NCBI GenBank assembly: GCA_951406725.2
Contig: OX597817.1
Location: forward strand, 149,668,001-149,732,000
Source: Octopus vulgaris
Taxonomy: Eukaryota
DNA: 64,000 nt
Reading direction: 5' to 3'
Shown: positions 27,151 through 41,450 of the stretch, in pieces
How positions within the stretch are numbered: position 1 is the first letter of the stretch
Layout of the letters: each line of letters opens with the position of its first letter
Notes under the pieces: model-generated
What the model was told of the DNA's origin: nothing
Databases searched by the model: none
What the model saw: the letters and a program-made list of their open reading frames with translations, nothing else
Made by a program: the position numbers and the translations under genes

Positions 27151-28608
27151 AATTGGATCTTTTTGCTTTGACCGGCAGATTTTTAAAATAATTTCTTTGT
27201 AACTAAACACTTTTAAACTTCGTATACTGGTAGAATGTGTTATATAAAGCATATTTTTCTCTTGGCTTCCTTGTAAGCTATTTGTTGTTTAATTTCTTGC
27301 ATTTCGGCAATTTCAACCAATCAATGACGTCTATTGAGGTGAATACAATTTCTCCGGTTCTTTGTCAACAACAATTATTTGCGGTGTCATATCAATTTGT
27401 CACTGTTATTTATGTCATATTTCATATCAGTTACGATGAATTAACATTTAAAAAATCTTATAAATCGTAAATAGTAAATTATGATCTTGGACGATTTCAC
27501 CCTCTCCATCAAAAAACATTTCCTGGAGGAATAAAAATATAACAGCAAAGCAATCAATTTTCAACAAAACAGTGCTTCTGATCTGTCGTGATATGCCCCA
27601 CATTATAACGGCGTACTTCGTCGTCTGCGCAACTGGCCCGAACGGCATACCTCGCCATCTGACTCCACTCGTTGTGTCTGTCCACTATTTATTTGTGGTG
27701 GAACATGCCACTTCTCTCACTCGGGCTATCCCCCTCAACATACTCACAATGCCGAAGTAATAAAAAAAAATTGAAAAACTTCTTGAAAATTATATCCTAG
27801 CCAAGTCGGTGTCCAGATTCGAATTCCAAATTTGCAAACTCAAATCAATGTTGGGAGGCTGTGAAACATAATGTGACAAAATTGATATTTCTTAGTCCAA
27901 AAATATTATTCTGATTACTAAAAGAAGGCTAAGAGACATGTTTTCCATCTTAATTTGTTGAGGTATTTCTGCATGTTGTTGTGGCTTATGAGATTTTATA
28001 TTATAAAGCTATTATCTTTTAATTGCTTTAATCATTGAACTGCGCTCATGCTGGAGCACCGCAAATAAGTAGTGAATTACTTATTTTTCGATATCTTATA
28101 CTTATTCTAACATTCTGTTTTGCAGAACTCAGTTACAAGGTCTTATTCAAACCCACACAAACAAACCAACACCGACACAAATACGCACACACGTACACAT
28201 ATGAACGCGCACACATACGTACATATACGAAAGCACACATACACGTACACGCATACATATATAACACAGTTTCCAGTGGATACTTTCTACAGTCGAAGCC
28301 TTAAAAGGTAGAAATACGCAGCAAGCAATGCTACCACCGCTGCCGGGAGTTTCTTTTCTGTTCTTATCATATTTTTATGTGATTTAATACAGTACGTTTA
28401 TAAGAGGTAGTTATCTCAAGACGAGTACCGTAGTGTATTGGGCTTTCAATGACGTATCTGCTTTAAGTGTGAGACACTGATTTTTATTTTAAACATACAT
28501 ACATACATACATACATACATACATACACACATACATAGTTAAACACATGCATGGGCTTTCAATGATGTATCTGCTTTAAGTGTGAGACACTGATTTCTAT
28601 TTTAAACA

Positions 28609-28774
28609 TAGACGCAGGAGTGTGTGTGTGGTAAGTAGCTTGCTTACCAACCACATGGTTCTGGATTCAGTCCCACTGCGTGGAACCTTGGGTAAGTGTC
28701 TTCTACTATAGCCTCGAGCCGACCAAAGCCTTATGAGTGGATTTGGTAGACGGAAATTGAAAGAAACCCGTCGT

Positions 28775-28843
<69 letters not shown>

Positions 28844-29040
28844 GCCAGCATCGCTTGGCAACCGATGCTGGGGTGTTTACGTCCTCGTGACTTAGCGGTT
28901 CGGCAAAAGAGACCGATAGAATAAGTACTAGGCTTACAAAGAATAAGTCATGGGGTCGATTTGCTCGACTAAAGGCGGTGCTCCAGCATGGCAGCTGTCA
29001 AATGAGTGAAACAAGTAAAAGAGTAAAAGAGTAAAGAGTA
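28609..29040 (+). mobile_element. SINE family B inserted into an approximately 80-bp tandem triplication
   Basis: Full SINE B. Host unit GGCTTTCAATGA..CTGCTTTAAGTGTGAGACACTGATTT..AAACATA at about 28440, 28553 and 29066. Confidence 0.85.
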
Positions 29041-29489
29041 TACATACAAAGTTAAACACATGCATAGGCTTTCAATGATGTTTCTGCTTTAAGTGTGAGA
29101 CACTGATTTCTATTTTAAACATACAAAGTTAAACACATGCATGCATACACACATGCATATATACAGACAGACATACAAACATCCATACATTTGTGTATAT
29201 GTGTGTGCGCGCACGCGCGTGTGTACAATTTATACAATTGACTAAAATCTCCACAAGGCGATATGCAACGGCGCATTGTTTGCTTTTGTGAGTATAAAAG
29301 TCTGCATAAATCCGTGTGTGTGTATACTTATGTTGTTACATTCATATAATCACATTGCAAATATCTCCATGAGACGATATGTAATAGCACAGTAATTGCA
29401 AGTGTATATCTGTGTGTATATATTTCTATATACGTATGTATGTGTGTGTATTTGTGTGCGTGTGTGCATGAGGATGCCAGTGTGTGGCG

Positions 29490-30010
29490 GTGAAGTTTTA
29501 TACTCATATGTTTTCATTCTCCATGTTCTTGATATCTCCAGTTGTAAATAAATCTTGCATTATTTTGGATAATATTCGACATGCAGCAATGATGTGATCT
29601 ACTTCCCGTGCATTCAAACCACAAAGCCCAGATTGTATGTTTCCGCTCATATCAGAGATGTTTTTAACGATAAACTGTATGGCCTAACATTGATTCCGCT
29701 CTGTTGCAATAAGAATTTCTATTTGACCTTAAACGATGTACTTTTCATCCAGACAGTTGATATTTTCCAGTATATGGCTTTCTTTTCCAGAGATATGAAT
29801 ATATCTGTGTACATGCCAGGGTTTGTTTATCTGTGATTTCCTGATAAAAGATTGAATCAATTTCTCCATCTGCAGTTTGGTAAGCTTGGCAGTTGTGATT
29901 GGTTGAATGTACGGTGAGATGGCTGGTTTATATATGATGACTGTCCGTGATATTTTCGCTGAAATATACAAGAGACTACTTGCAATTTTCTTGTGTTTCT
30001 GGTATTTTCT
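29490..30010 (-). mobile_element. Highly decayed R4/Dong-like LINE fragment
   Basis: Minus frames give GLCGLNAREVDHIIAACRIL (zinc-knuckle-like) and LQLEISRTWRMKT (RLE-like); adjacent TAT/TAA repeats. Confidence 0.55.
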
Positions 30011-30099
30011 TATTATTATAATAATTATTGCTGCTACTTCTGCTGTTGTTGTTGTTGTTGTTGCTGCTGTTCTTCTTGTTGTTCCCATCACCTTAATCT

Positions 30100-30316
30100 T
30101 ATTACTCTTTTACTTGTTTCAGTCATTTGACTGTGGTCATGCTGGAGCACCGCCTTTAGTCGAGCAAATCGATCCCAGGACATATTCTTTGTAAGCCTAG
30201 TACGTATTATATCGTTCTCTTTTGCCGAACCGCTAAGTTACGGGGACGTAAACACACCACCATGATTGTCAAGCGATGTTGAGGGGGGGGGACAAACACA
30301 GACATAATACACACAC

Positions 30317-30387
<71 letters not shown>

Positions 30388-30556
30388 TACGACGGGCTTC
30401 TTTCAGTTTCCGTCTACCAAATCCACTCACAAGGCTTTGGTCGGCCCGAGGCTATAGTAGAAGACACTTGCCCAAGGTGCCACGCAGTGGGACTGAACCT
30501 GGAACCATGTGGTTGGTAAGCAAGCTACTTACCACACAGCCACTCCTACGCCTATA
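30100..30556 (-). mobile_element. SINE family B, full length
   Basis: Same head, internal (TA)n and tail as 1469-1907. Confidence 0.87.
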
Positions 30557-30719
30557 ATTGTGTACTTTTACTACACAACAGGACATAATCTGGCTAACCA
30601 CATTTCTTGGATTTAAGCTTATAAACTGTTTAATACTTACAATCAAATCTTACAATCAGTTTAATAGTTACAATTGAAAACTTTATCCATTTAATTTAGT
30701 AATATTGCTAGTAATACTG

Positions 30720-31635
30720 GTTTCAAATTTCTGCACATGGCCAGCAATCGAGGAAGAGGGAAAGTCAACTGGTACTTATTTTATCGACCCCCGAAAGAAT
30801 GAAAGGCAAAGTCGACCTTGAAGGCATTTGAACTCAGAATGTAAAGAGGGACTGAATGCCGCTAAACATTTAACCAGGCGTACTAACGATTCTTTTCTAC
30901 TCTAGGCACAAGGCCGGAAAATTTAGATTAGATCAACCCCAGTACGCAACTGGTACTTGATTTATCGACCCCGAAATGATGAAAGACAAAGTCGACCTCG
31001 GTGGGATTTTAACTCAGAACGTAAAGACAAACGAAATACCACTAAGCATTTCGCCCAGCGGGCTAACAATTCTGCCAGCACGCCGCCTTACTTTTGCTAT
31101 TAATCTTTTCTACTCTAGGCAGCTGGCTGCCCTATCTGCTACTAATATTAGTATACATTAGGTCTTTTTAAAATCATAATAGCCTGGATAATTTCAAGAT
31201 ATATACTATGATAAATGATAAATAAATAAAACATGGGATAATCTTTATACAGCCGAGAATTAAATTTCGAAAATTCTCATGTTGCAAGCGAATTAAATAT
31301 AAAAACAAAACAAATGACATAGTGACAGTTACATTTATTATTTTTATTGAGCCCCATGGCTCTTAAGGTCGGTTGTCTGGTCTATAGCGTATAAGTGGCT
31401 GTGATCAGAATATTCTCTCTGAACCGGACGCCGGCCTGTTTCAGAGTACAAGATCAGCAATGTCTGAAGGGCAGGGAGAAGACGATTACATCAACTGGTA
31501 CCACATTTCATCGACCTTGAAGGGATGAGGCATAAAGTTGACCTCGGCGGAATTTGAACTCAGAACACAAAGAGCCAGAAAAAAACCGCTAAACATTTTG
31601 CCCGACGTGCTAATGATTCTGCCAGCTTGCCGCCT
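30720..31635 (-). mobile_element. Older SINE family A copies (30720-31090, 31470-31635)
   Basis: Diverged ATCGACCCCGAAAG.ATGAAAGGCAAAGTCGACC..TTTGAACTCAGAA matches. Confidence 0.75.
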
Positions 31636-31759
31636 GTACTGATACTTTACAGCTACTAATTTGAATGGATGAAGTGAGCTTCGTCACTTTGGTGTAAAGT
31701 GTACCCATTTACTTTGATGCTGAAATCTGCCTGCTAGCTTCGAAGAATATGCGATTCTA

Positions 31760-31990
31760 TTTCCGCAAACAGTTCTGTGCATCTTTATTTTATATTTTGA
31801 ATAGGCACAATTGATTGTAGTATAATGTTTAAATTATTTTTGGATAATTTTTCCATTTTTTCCATAGATAAATCATCGTCTGTTAGAACTGACATTTCGA
31901 TCAGAAGATACTCTAATCTTAGTGATCCTCACAACATTAACCGGTTCTCCTTGTATGTCTGGATCGTTTCCCTTACGATATTATCAGCAA
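31760..31990 (-). mobile_element. Decayed R4/Dong RLE-domain fragment
   Basis: Minus strand LLIEMSVLTDDDLSMEKMEKLSK (cf. LLIDMSIPTD.N.S.KE.EKLSKY). Confidence 0.5.
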
Positions 31991-32069
31991 CAGTTTAAAA
32001 GATCTCTACAAGAAACGGCAACCAAATTTCCATTAAATCACATCATAAAATTTGGCTAATGTCAATATT

Positions 32070-32260
32070 CTTTTCTACTCTGGGTACAAGGCCCGAAATT
32101 TTAGATCGACCCCAATACGCGACTGGTACTTAATTTATCGACCCCGAAAGCATGAAAGGCAAAGTCGACCTCGGCAGAATTTGAACTCAGAACGTAAAGA
32201 TAGACGAAATACCGTTAATCATTTCACCCGGCGTGCTAACGTTTCTTATTTCTTCACTGC
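32070..32260 (-). mobile_element. SINE family A partial multimer
   Basis: Carries the CTAACGTTTCT|TATTTC junction type also seen at about 19692. Confidence 0.75.
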
Positions 32261-32297
32261 CTACATACATACATACATACATACATACATACATACA

Positions 32298-32331
<34 letters not shown>

Positions 32332-32360
32332 CATACATACATATATACATACATATATAT

Positions 32361-32427
<67 letters not shown>

Positions 32428-32872
32428 ATCCAAACATGAAAACACCAAGAGAAAACATAGCAACGCGAGGACGTGGAATAAATATAGTATTAGTGGATGC
32501 TCAGGAAGGAAGGTAAGAAGGAGGGTTTTACGTTTCAAGCGGAGCTCTTCGTCATATATATATGTATGTATGTATAATATTATGGAGTATAACTCCAAAC
32601 TTACAGGGAAAAATTCAATTTAGTATTAAATCAAATTTCACAATATAGATATATAAAATATAAATTAGAGATAGAAAGTTAATTGTAATTCGAATTTAAT
32701 TATAGCCATGAAATGTACGTAGTTTTTTTACTTATTATATATTGTTTATTCATTTTATACATTTTGTGATCTAGTTATATGTTCTATAAAAATACATTTT
32801 ATTTGTTATTTATATTTTGGTTTGTGTCAATCATTGTTTGAAGTGCATAATAGTGGTTCTATCTCTAACTTA

Positions 32873-32919
<47 letters not shown>

Positions 32920-33585
32920 GGGCGTGCAGTGATCTTTCTGGCTGGGAAAGCAATGACCCAAATTTTTGTCACATAGAGATTTGAATCAAATTAACATGTT
33001 CCTATTATACAGCTATTTTAAAAAAATTTTTAAATCACATTTTATATTAAGGGTCTTCTGTAATTTGAAAAAGTATAAAATATTAGTTGAATAAACACAG
33101 AAAACTAGGCGCGTTATCTTTTCACCATTTTTCTGATGGAAGCAGAATGTCAACTTGCTTCCTTTTCCTATGTAAGTGATATATAACAACGTAAGTTTAT
33201 ATATATCATAGGTATTGTGAATTGTATACATATATACATATATACTTTTTTATTTTTATACTTTGATACTTTGATAGGTTTCGAGCCAGAATTAGCCCAG
33301 GCCATGTCTCACTTAATAGCACCACCTGGAAAACTAATTCAAATCATAAATCGGACAACATGACCCACTCAAGTAGAGAGTTATTCTTTACAGAGACATA
33401 TCCGAATGTAGGAGGTTTATCCGGGATTTTTTAAGGAATTTGTCCAAAGATTTCTTGAACTTTATGGGGTCTGTTACTGCTTTAATGTGTTTAGGTGTAA
33501 TGTTAAAGAGAGTGGGGTCAATTGATGTGAAATAATCGTGCCGTATTGTTGTTATGTAATGTATTACATTTGTTGTGGGCGGATA

Positions 33586-33634
<49 letters not shown>

Positions 33635-33655
33635 GCATGTATGCATGTATGTATG

Positions 33656-33761
<106 letters not shown>

Positions 33762-35014
33762 TGTGGTGGTGCCATTATGAAAGGGATAAGTGTAGTTTGC
33801 TAGATTACTGTTAAATAAAATGTATTCAAGTATCATCTTCAATAATTTATAATGTTATTCAGTAGATTAGATTATAAAAGCTATTTCTCTCTCTATGGAA
33901 TTCAGTAACAACGATCGTTGCTTCTACTGATATCAACAATAGCAACAACATTTACGACATCATGACCTCAGAGCCATCATTTCACCTGGTCTAGCTAAAA
34001 TATATTGTCATCTTATATTATGTATATGTGCCAAAATATGATGTCGCAAAAAAATCTTTCTTTTTGGTTATATGAAACGGTTGATTAATCACCAGAATGA
34101 AATCTTCCTAACTTAAACTATTTCACAGCTAAGTAGCTTCAATAGCAGACGTTTTTCTTTGTCCAAAAATAAAGTGACTGTTTCACAGAGTGAATATATG
34201 TTAGCTTTCAAAGCAGACATCGAAAACCAGTGAAATGGATCCAGAAAAGGAAATTACATGAAGAAAAGCACTGACTCCATCTATCATCGATGATGGATAA
34301 AGCTGCTAGATATAATAGCTAAACCTCCTGATGCCCTTAGAAATAGAAAGGGCATATTGAATGGTGTGGTTCAAGAGGCATCGTGTCTGGAAATACAAAA
34401 ATGATCGCTGGATAATCACAGCATTTTAACCATTAGCCTACAGGATCAGAGTCAAATAAGGGTTAAGCAATAACGACAACCCTGCAATCTTAAACAAGGA
34501 AATATACTTTGGATAATGTAGTGGCACATGCCGCTAAAAAGACGGGATGGTCATGGTTGAATTACTTTGGATCAGAGGTTTGGTCTATCAAACCTGATCT
34601 AAGGTCTAAATGTCAAAATAATAATATCGACATTAATACCAACAACAACGACATTTTATCTCAAACGAGCTCATTCTTGATCTGTCAGAAATAGAAGCTC
34701 TAAATAATGTATTTTAATTATCAAATGGCAATTCAAGACGAGCTCCACTTGAGAAGGGGAGATTCTACCAAGAAACGAGAATTCTTCAAAATTGAAATGC
34801 TATTAAGGAAAAGGACACGATTTTGATATTGTCTAGATTTAAGAGGACAGTCGTAAACAGGTAATTCTACCTCAATAGCCGTCATCAGCACAACAATTTT
34901 TCCGGCCCTGTCTTTAAAAAAATATTAGAACACATCTATGACCTTAGTAATTTGTATAATTTAAACGAAAATCGGCGAGTAGAAATAATATAAATTTGTC
35001 CTATTGTAAAAAAA

Positions 35015-35852
35015 AGGACAAACTTATATTATTTAATCAATACAATGGGACAAATTTATATTATTTAATCAATACAATAGGACAAATTTATATCATTTAA
35101 TCAATACAATAGGACAAATATATATTATTTAATCAATACAATAGGACAAATATATATTATTTAATCAATACAATAGGACAAATATATATTATTTAATCAA
35201 TACAATAGGACAAATATATATTATTTAATCAATACAATAGGACAAATATATATTATTTAATCAATACAATAGGACAAATATATATTATTTAATCAATACA
35301 ATAGGACAAATTTATATTATTTAATCAATACAATAGGACAAATTTATATCATTTAATCAATACAGTTGGACAAATTTATGTCATTTAATCAATACAATAG
35401 GACAAATTTATGTCATTTAATCAATACAATAGGACAAATTTATGTCATTTAATCAATACAATAGGACAAATTTATGTCATTTAATCAATACAATAGGACA
35501 AATTTATGTCATTTAATCAATACAATAGGACAAATTTATGTCATTTAATCAATACAATAGGACAAATTTATGTCATTTAATCAATACAATAGGACAAATT
35601 TATATGATTTAATCAATACAATAGGACAAATTTATATGATTTAATCAATACAATAGGACAAATTTATATGATTTAATCAATACAATAGGACAAATATATA
35701 TTATTTAATCAATACAATAGGACAAATATATATTATTTAATCAATACAATAGGACAAATATATATTATTTAATCAATACAATAGGACAAATATATATTAT
35801 TTAATCAATACAATAGGACAAATTTATATTATTTAATCAAATTTATATTATT
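35015..35852. repeat. 32-bp minisatellite, about 25 copies in variant blocks
   Basis: Unit AATCAATACAATAGGACAAAT(A/T)TAT(ATT/GTC/ATG)ATTT; AGGACAAA recurs at 35111 and 35143. Confidence 0.97.
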
Positions 35853-37635
35853 TTATCTCAACCGAAGCAAGGCTCGATAACCTCACTACCTGGCCTGGTG
35901 CAATGTGTTTGATGTTCTATAGATCACTATCAAACTGTGTATTTTATCAGACTTTAGCTGATGAAATTTATATACCGTGTCATAGAATAGACGAAATTTG
36001 TTTTCCAGACTACAAAATACTTACGTGTTGGAAAAAAACCTCTAGGTTGATTGCTTACTTGAACATTCTGTATAAGCTCTATTAAAGTTTTTTGGATCAA
36101 TATCTCTGAGATAATTACGAGCCCAACAAGATATTTACTAATCAGTCGGTATGTAAAAAGAAATGTGGGTATGTTGAAGAACTAATTAATAAAACTATGC
36201 AGCCTGAGGTTAAAGAAAACGAATTGTTTTTTAAATAATAGAATAGAGCACAACACAAATTTTATGAGTGTGTTGCTTCATTACAAAAAGATGTTCGACT
36301 TTCGATGCTTTTCTTCAATCATGGTTAGACTGAAATTAAGTTCTGAGCAGCCGCTGTCCTTGAAAGGCTGGAAAACACCTGGTCACCATTTTTTGCACTT
36401 GAAACTGAAAACACAACTATTATTTATATTTGATACTAAATATCTTCTAAAAGGATTATTCCATGGAAAAAGTCTTTGTATTTATGTTTTCCTTGGGTAT
36501 TTATTATTTTGTTTTTATTTTGTCTTTCTAAGCCTGGTCCAGTAAATCCAGTTATTTCTTCTACAAATGCCCACGACACAGCGACCTACAACACAAGATC
36601 ACCAATAAAAGCCATAAATTGTTTGCTGGCGATCTAAAGATTTACACAGGAAATATCTCCAGTCCTAAGAGTCAGATTTAATACGAATGTTTTCAGCTAT
36701 ATCTGGATGGCATTCGGCCAAGATATATTTGACTTAATAGTTGAAGGTGGATACAGTGCTTCACAAACTGAAAATGTATACATCAACGTTCGCTTTCTCT
36801 CCTCTCTGCCTCCTGTCTCTCTCCCTCCCTCTCTTTCTCTCTCATAATAAATAACTCTTCATACCAACAAAAGACAATGTATAGATATTTTATCCGTAGA
36901 CTTAAGAACGATGTCAACGTTAACAGACGGTGTGTCTTCGCTTGATTTTTCGACTGAAATACCGTATTAAACTTCAAAGATTATACATTTGCCTTCTAAC
37001 AGCGAGAAATAGAAACAAAATGAACCTCATGAACAAAAGATATAAAGAACCCCTTGAATGTTCGAGATATGCAATAGGAATTGTCGACTATGTCACATTT
37101 TTTAAGGCGACATTACATCAATATTCACTAGCTGTTTAAAAATGCTTTCAAAATATTTTTGTGACATGATATATTTTCAAAGAAAAACGATATACAATGC
37201 CATCCTAGAATGACTGTCTCAAATATTAAAAAATCCATAGTGAAGCTGTGTATATCTACATATTTCGACACAAGGATTTTTGGTGAAACATTATCAACAA
37301 AATAACTACTGAGTGTAAATACAGCAATATTTATATACGGAAAAGAAGCAACGACAATCGTTAATGTAATGTTGTTCATCAGTTTAACCAAGTGGGGGTG
37401 AACAAGATTATCTTTTATCCTTTACTTGTTTCAGTCGTTAGATTGCAGCCATGCTGGAGCAGCACTTGGAAGAGTTTTAAGTCGAATGAATCGACCCTTG
37501 TACTTCTCTTCTTTTTTTTAGCCTAGTACGAATTCTATAGGTACTTATTTCACAGGGACCAACACCAGTGTCAAGCGGTGATGGAGAACAAACATAAACA
37601 CAAAGGCACACAAACAATATATATATATATACACA

Positions 37636-38010
37636 AACCACATGGTTCCGGGATCAGTACCACTGCGTGGCACCTTGGGCAAGTGTTTTCTACTATAGCC
37701 TCGGGCCGACCAAAGCCTTGTGAGTGGATTTGGTAGACGGAAACTGAAAGAAGCCCGTCGTATGTATGTATATGTATGTATATATGTGTGTGTGTGTGTG
37801 TTTGTGTGTCTGTAATTGTACCCCCAATATCGCTTGACAACCGATGCTGGTGTGTTTACGATCCCGTAACTTAGCGGTTCGGCAAAAGAGACCGATAGAA
37901 TAAGTACTAGGCTTACAAAGAATAAGTCCTGGAATCGATTCGCTCGACTAAATGCGGTGCTCCAGCATGGACGCAGTCAAATGACTGAAACAAGTAAAAG
38001 AGTAAAAGAG
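37636..38010 (+). mobile_element. SINE family B, 5'-truncated (older inverted fragment at 37410-37620)
   Basis: Matches family B from AACCACATGGTTCC to the GTAAAAGA tail. Confidence 0.82.
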
Positions 38011-38308
38011 TATATATATAATGGACTCTCCCGTCGTTAGACGACATATGAGGGTTCGACAATTTCTTAATGAACAAACACACATGATTTATTTATAGTA
38101 ATCAAATGTTTATGAAGACATAAGCTCACTCCCTCCATCAAATTGACATTACCTGTACAGGTGCAACTGTATGTCAGACGCCGAAATGATTGCAGAGCAA
38201 TGTGAAATGAAGTGCTTTGCTCAAGAACACAACGCAATACATGGTCTGAGAATCGAACCCACGATCTCGCAATCGTGAGTGCAACACCCTAAGCCACGTG
38301 CCTTCACA

Positions 38309-38397
<89 letters not shown>

Positions 38398-38401
<4 letters not shown>

Positions 38402-38631
38402 CTTGGTCAAAAGTCACCCGACAGTAAATCAAAATTCCATAAATACTATCCGTAATTCTGTATTGACTTGAATGGAAAAGTGTGTCGCTCAAGAAGGACT
38501 TCAGTTTGAACAATTTTCATGATGTTTCATATTTAGATGTTTTTATTAAATTCATTCAGTTGTTAAATATAAATAAATCTTGGAATTAAACAGGGTTTGA
38601 TTTACTGTTAGGTGACTTTTGGCCAATCCTA
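38398..38631. mobile_element. Tc1/mariner-type MITE in (TA)n
   Basis: TIRs of about 36 bp: CAGACTTGGTCAAAAGTCACCCGACAGTAAATCAAA / TTTGATTTACTGTTAGGTGACTTTTGGCCAATCCTA. The internal EKCVAQEGLQFEQ resembles a transposase C-terminus. Confidence 0.8.
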
Positions 38632-38654
38632 TATATATATATATATATATATAG

Positions 38655-38835
38655 TATATTAGCCACTTAAATGTGGCTAACCCTTAAGGGTGGGTGCTAC
38701 TGTAGCTTGTAGCTCCAGGAGGACACCTCTTCCAGCTGGCTATTGACACAATTTCTGTGCCCAATCAGTATTAAGTGGCAAATATACTTCACGATGTCGT
38801 GCAGCTACTGTGTATACCTCGCTCAGAGATTTGGT
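38655..38835. mobile_element. Relative of the 11269 element with an internal inversion
   Basis: About 38665-38770 is the reverse complement of the 122-bp repeat; 38771-38832 (TTAAGTGGCAAATATACTTCACGATG...) continues the family in forward orientation. Confidence 0.75.
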
Positions 38836-40269
38836 ATTTATACATACATACATATATATATATATATGGTGTGTTTATATCCCCGTAACTTAGCGGTTCA
38901 GCAAAAGAGACCGAGAGAATAAGTACTAGACTTACAAAGAATAAGTCCTGGTGTCGATTTTTTCGACTAAAGGCATGACCACAGTCAAATGACTTGAAAC
39001 AAGTAAAAAAAAAAGAGTAGAAAAAGATCAAAAAATGGACAGGAAACAAAAGCCTCTCAACACAGAGAGAAGTGGAGAGTCTTGGCAAGCGGAGCCCTGA
39101 ACACAGGGCTGATGGCTGGTGATCAACATTTATGGACGACTGTTTCAAAATTTACTGCTACTTTGAAACCTCTAACTTCTTTTCCATGATTTTAAATTGT
39201 CTGTCTGACCGAGGTCATTGATGTTGATTGTCCTACAAATTATAGCCATTAGTGTACTTAGGTTACTAGGTCGCTAAACAGATATGGTTTCGACAAGTTT
39301 ATGTCTTCTTGTCAGAGGAACTGCCATGGCCAAAACACTTAGACCTCAGAATGCTATCAAAGAAATTACCCTTCTCGTGTCGTGATATTTTTGTAAAGAA
39401 AATCAATATACGATGCCATCCATAGGGAAGAATGTCTTGGGATAAATATAAAAAATCTTTTGCTCAATATTTAAGCAAAAGAAAAGACCATTTAAACGTG
39501 AAGTCAGGAATTGTAATCTATAAGTGTCCCAGTCAAAAGATGTGCAACTTGTCTAAAGGTTAGCGTCGGACTTTGTGCAGCTGATGGTGTCTAAAATTTC
39601 AATGAAATCGCTTTGTTTCTTTGTTAGAAAACAGCTTCTTTACAGAATGAATTCAAAGAATTGTTTTTATATACATACGTGTTTATTGATTATGTTTTCT
39701 ATGTGACATTACTTTAGAAAACCTACATAAAGCTATGTTCTTTTGTGTATCTCAATAACTTCATTCTACTTACAACGTGATTTATACCGCAGACAAGGAC
39801 TGCTCTCTTTTGTGTGAGATCGATACAGTCTATCAGGGGTAAATTAGAAATATTGACAAAATACTGACCGTATCTTTTTTTTCTTAAATCTAGTCGCAAT
39901 TCTTATGATTCCCAATCACTTACATTAAAACTGAAGGACATCATCAAACATAACTTGATGTACATTGATGTTATCGCTACTCTCATTTTGATATTTTGAC
40001 TCCACGTCTAACCTTAATCGAAAATACATTTGATCAAAAGCGGTCCAGTAATAGCCATCCCATATTTCATATCTAGCAATATTTTTAAGACATTAGAATG
40101 GGTTTTGAAACGAAACCTTAACTACTATTTTTAGCCGGTCGACCAAGGAGAGAACCCAGGTAATTGCTATTTGAGAGAGAGTATTGGACAAAATGCCTTG
40201 TGGTAGTTTTACGTTTTGAGTTCAAATCTTGCCAAAGTCAGTTTTTACCTTTCGTTCTTCTAGGGTCGA

Positions 40270-40850
40270 GAAACATGTGGGTGTTTTTAGTGCATATGTT
40301 TCAGGGAGTGATACTAAGAAGTGATCTGACACTCCTCCACACGGATGGACAGGATGAGGAATGAGGAGATGCGAAGACGAGCAGGAATGAATGAAAATCT
40401 AACAACCAGAATGGATTGATGAATGTTGAGGTGGTTTGGCCACATGGAGAGAATGGATGAGGAGCAGATGGTAAAGAGGGTGATAAAGGTAGAAGTGGTA
40501 GGCAGCAGAACCAGAGGCAGACCTCGGTTTGAGTGGATGGATGGAGTGAGGAAAGCTTTGGTGTTTAGAGGTGTTGGTGTGAGAGAGGCAAGAGAGTTTA
40601 TAAAGGATAGGAAATCTTGGAGAGTGTTTGTGGATAGATGAGTGAATTGATGTTGCTCAAAGGGGTACGGAACCAGCATGATACGATGGGGGTAAACCAG
40701 TATATGCTGTCGGGCCCCGCTGCTGATATTGGGGGTTGCGTTCTATACCTTGATCCGAACATAGGACGGGCTCGCCTCTTTGAGCTGGGAAATGAATGGA
40801 ATGCCTGGTGTGTGTCTTGTTGTGGCTACCCTCTCCTAAAAATATGGGGA
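40270..40850 (+). mobile_element. RTE/RTE-X LINE 3' fragment
   Basis: ORF 40423-40641 LRWFGHMERMDEEQMVKRV..GSRTRGRPRFEWMDGV. Confidence 0.85.
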
Positions 40851-40963
40851 ATAGGCCTAGGTATATATATTTAGAATGTTGGACAAAATATTTTGAAATA
40901 GCTGTTCTGACTCTTTAGGCAATATTTTTCTGACTTACTACTGAGCTACATGTGTTAGATTTA

Positions 40964-41169
40964 TAGGCGTAGGAGTGGCTGTGTGGTAAGTAGCTTGTTT
41001 ACCAACCACATGGTTCCGGATTCAGTCCCACTGCGTGGCACCTTGGGCAAGTATCTTCTACTATAGCCTCGAGCCGACCAAAGCCTTATGAGTGGATTTG
41101 GTACACGGAAACTGAAAGAAGCCCGTCGTATATATGTGTATATATTTATATTTGTGTGTGTGTGCGTGC

Positions 41170-41248
<79 letters not shown>

Positions 41249-41450
41249 TGTGTCTGTGTTTGTCCCCCCCAACATCGCTTGACAACCGATGCTGGTGTAT
41301 TTACGTCCCCGTAACTTAGCAGTTCGACAAAAGAGACCGATAGAATAAGTACTAGGCTTACAAAGAATAAGTCCTGGGGTCGATTTGTTCGACTAAAGGT
41401 GGTGCTCCAGCATGGCCACAGTCAAATGACTGAAACAAGTAAAAGAGTAA
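40964..41450 (+). mobile_element. SINE family B, full length with (TG)n expansion
   Basis: Head TAGGCGTAGGAGTGGCTGTG through tail GTAAAAGAGTAA. Confidence 0.87.

Noticed and set aside
32917-33328. hAT-like element (CAGGGGCGTGC ... GCACCACCTG)
   Set aside because: The TIR match is short and imperfect and no 8-bp TSD is visible.
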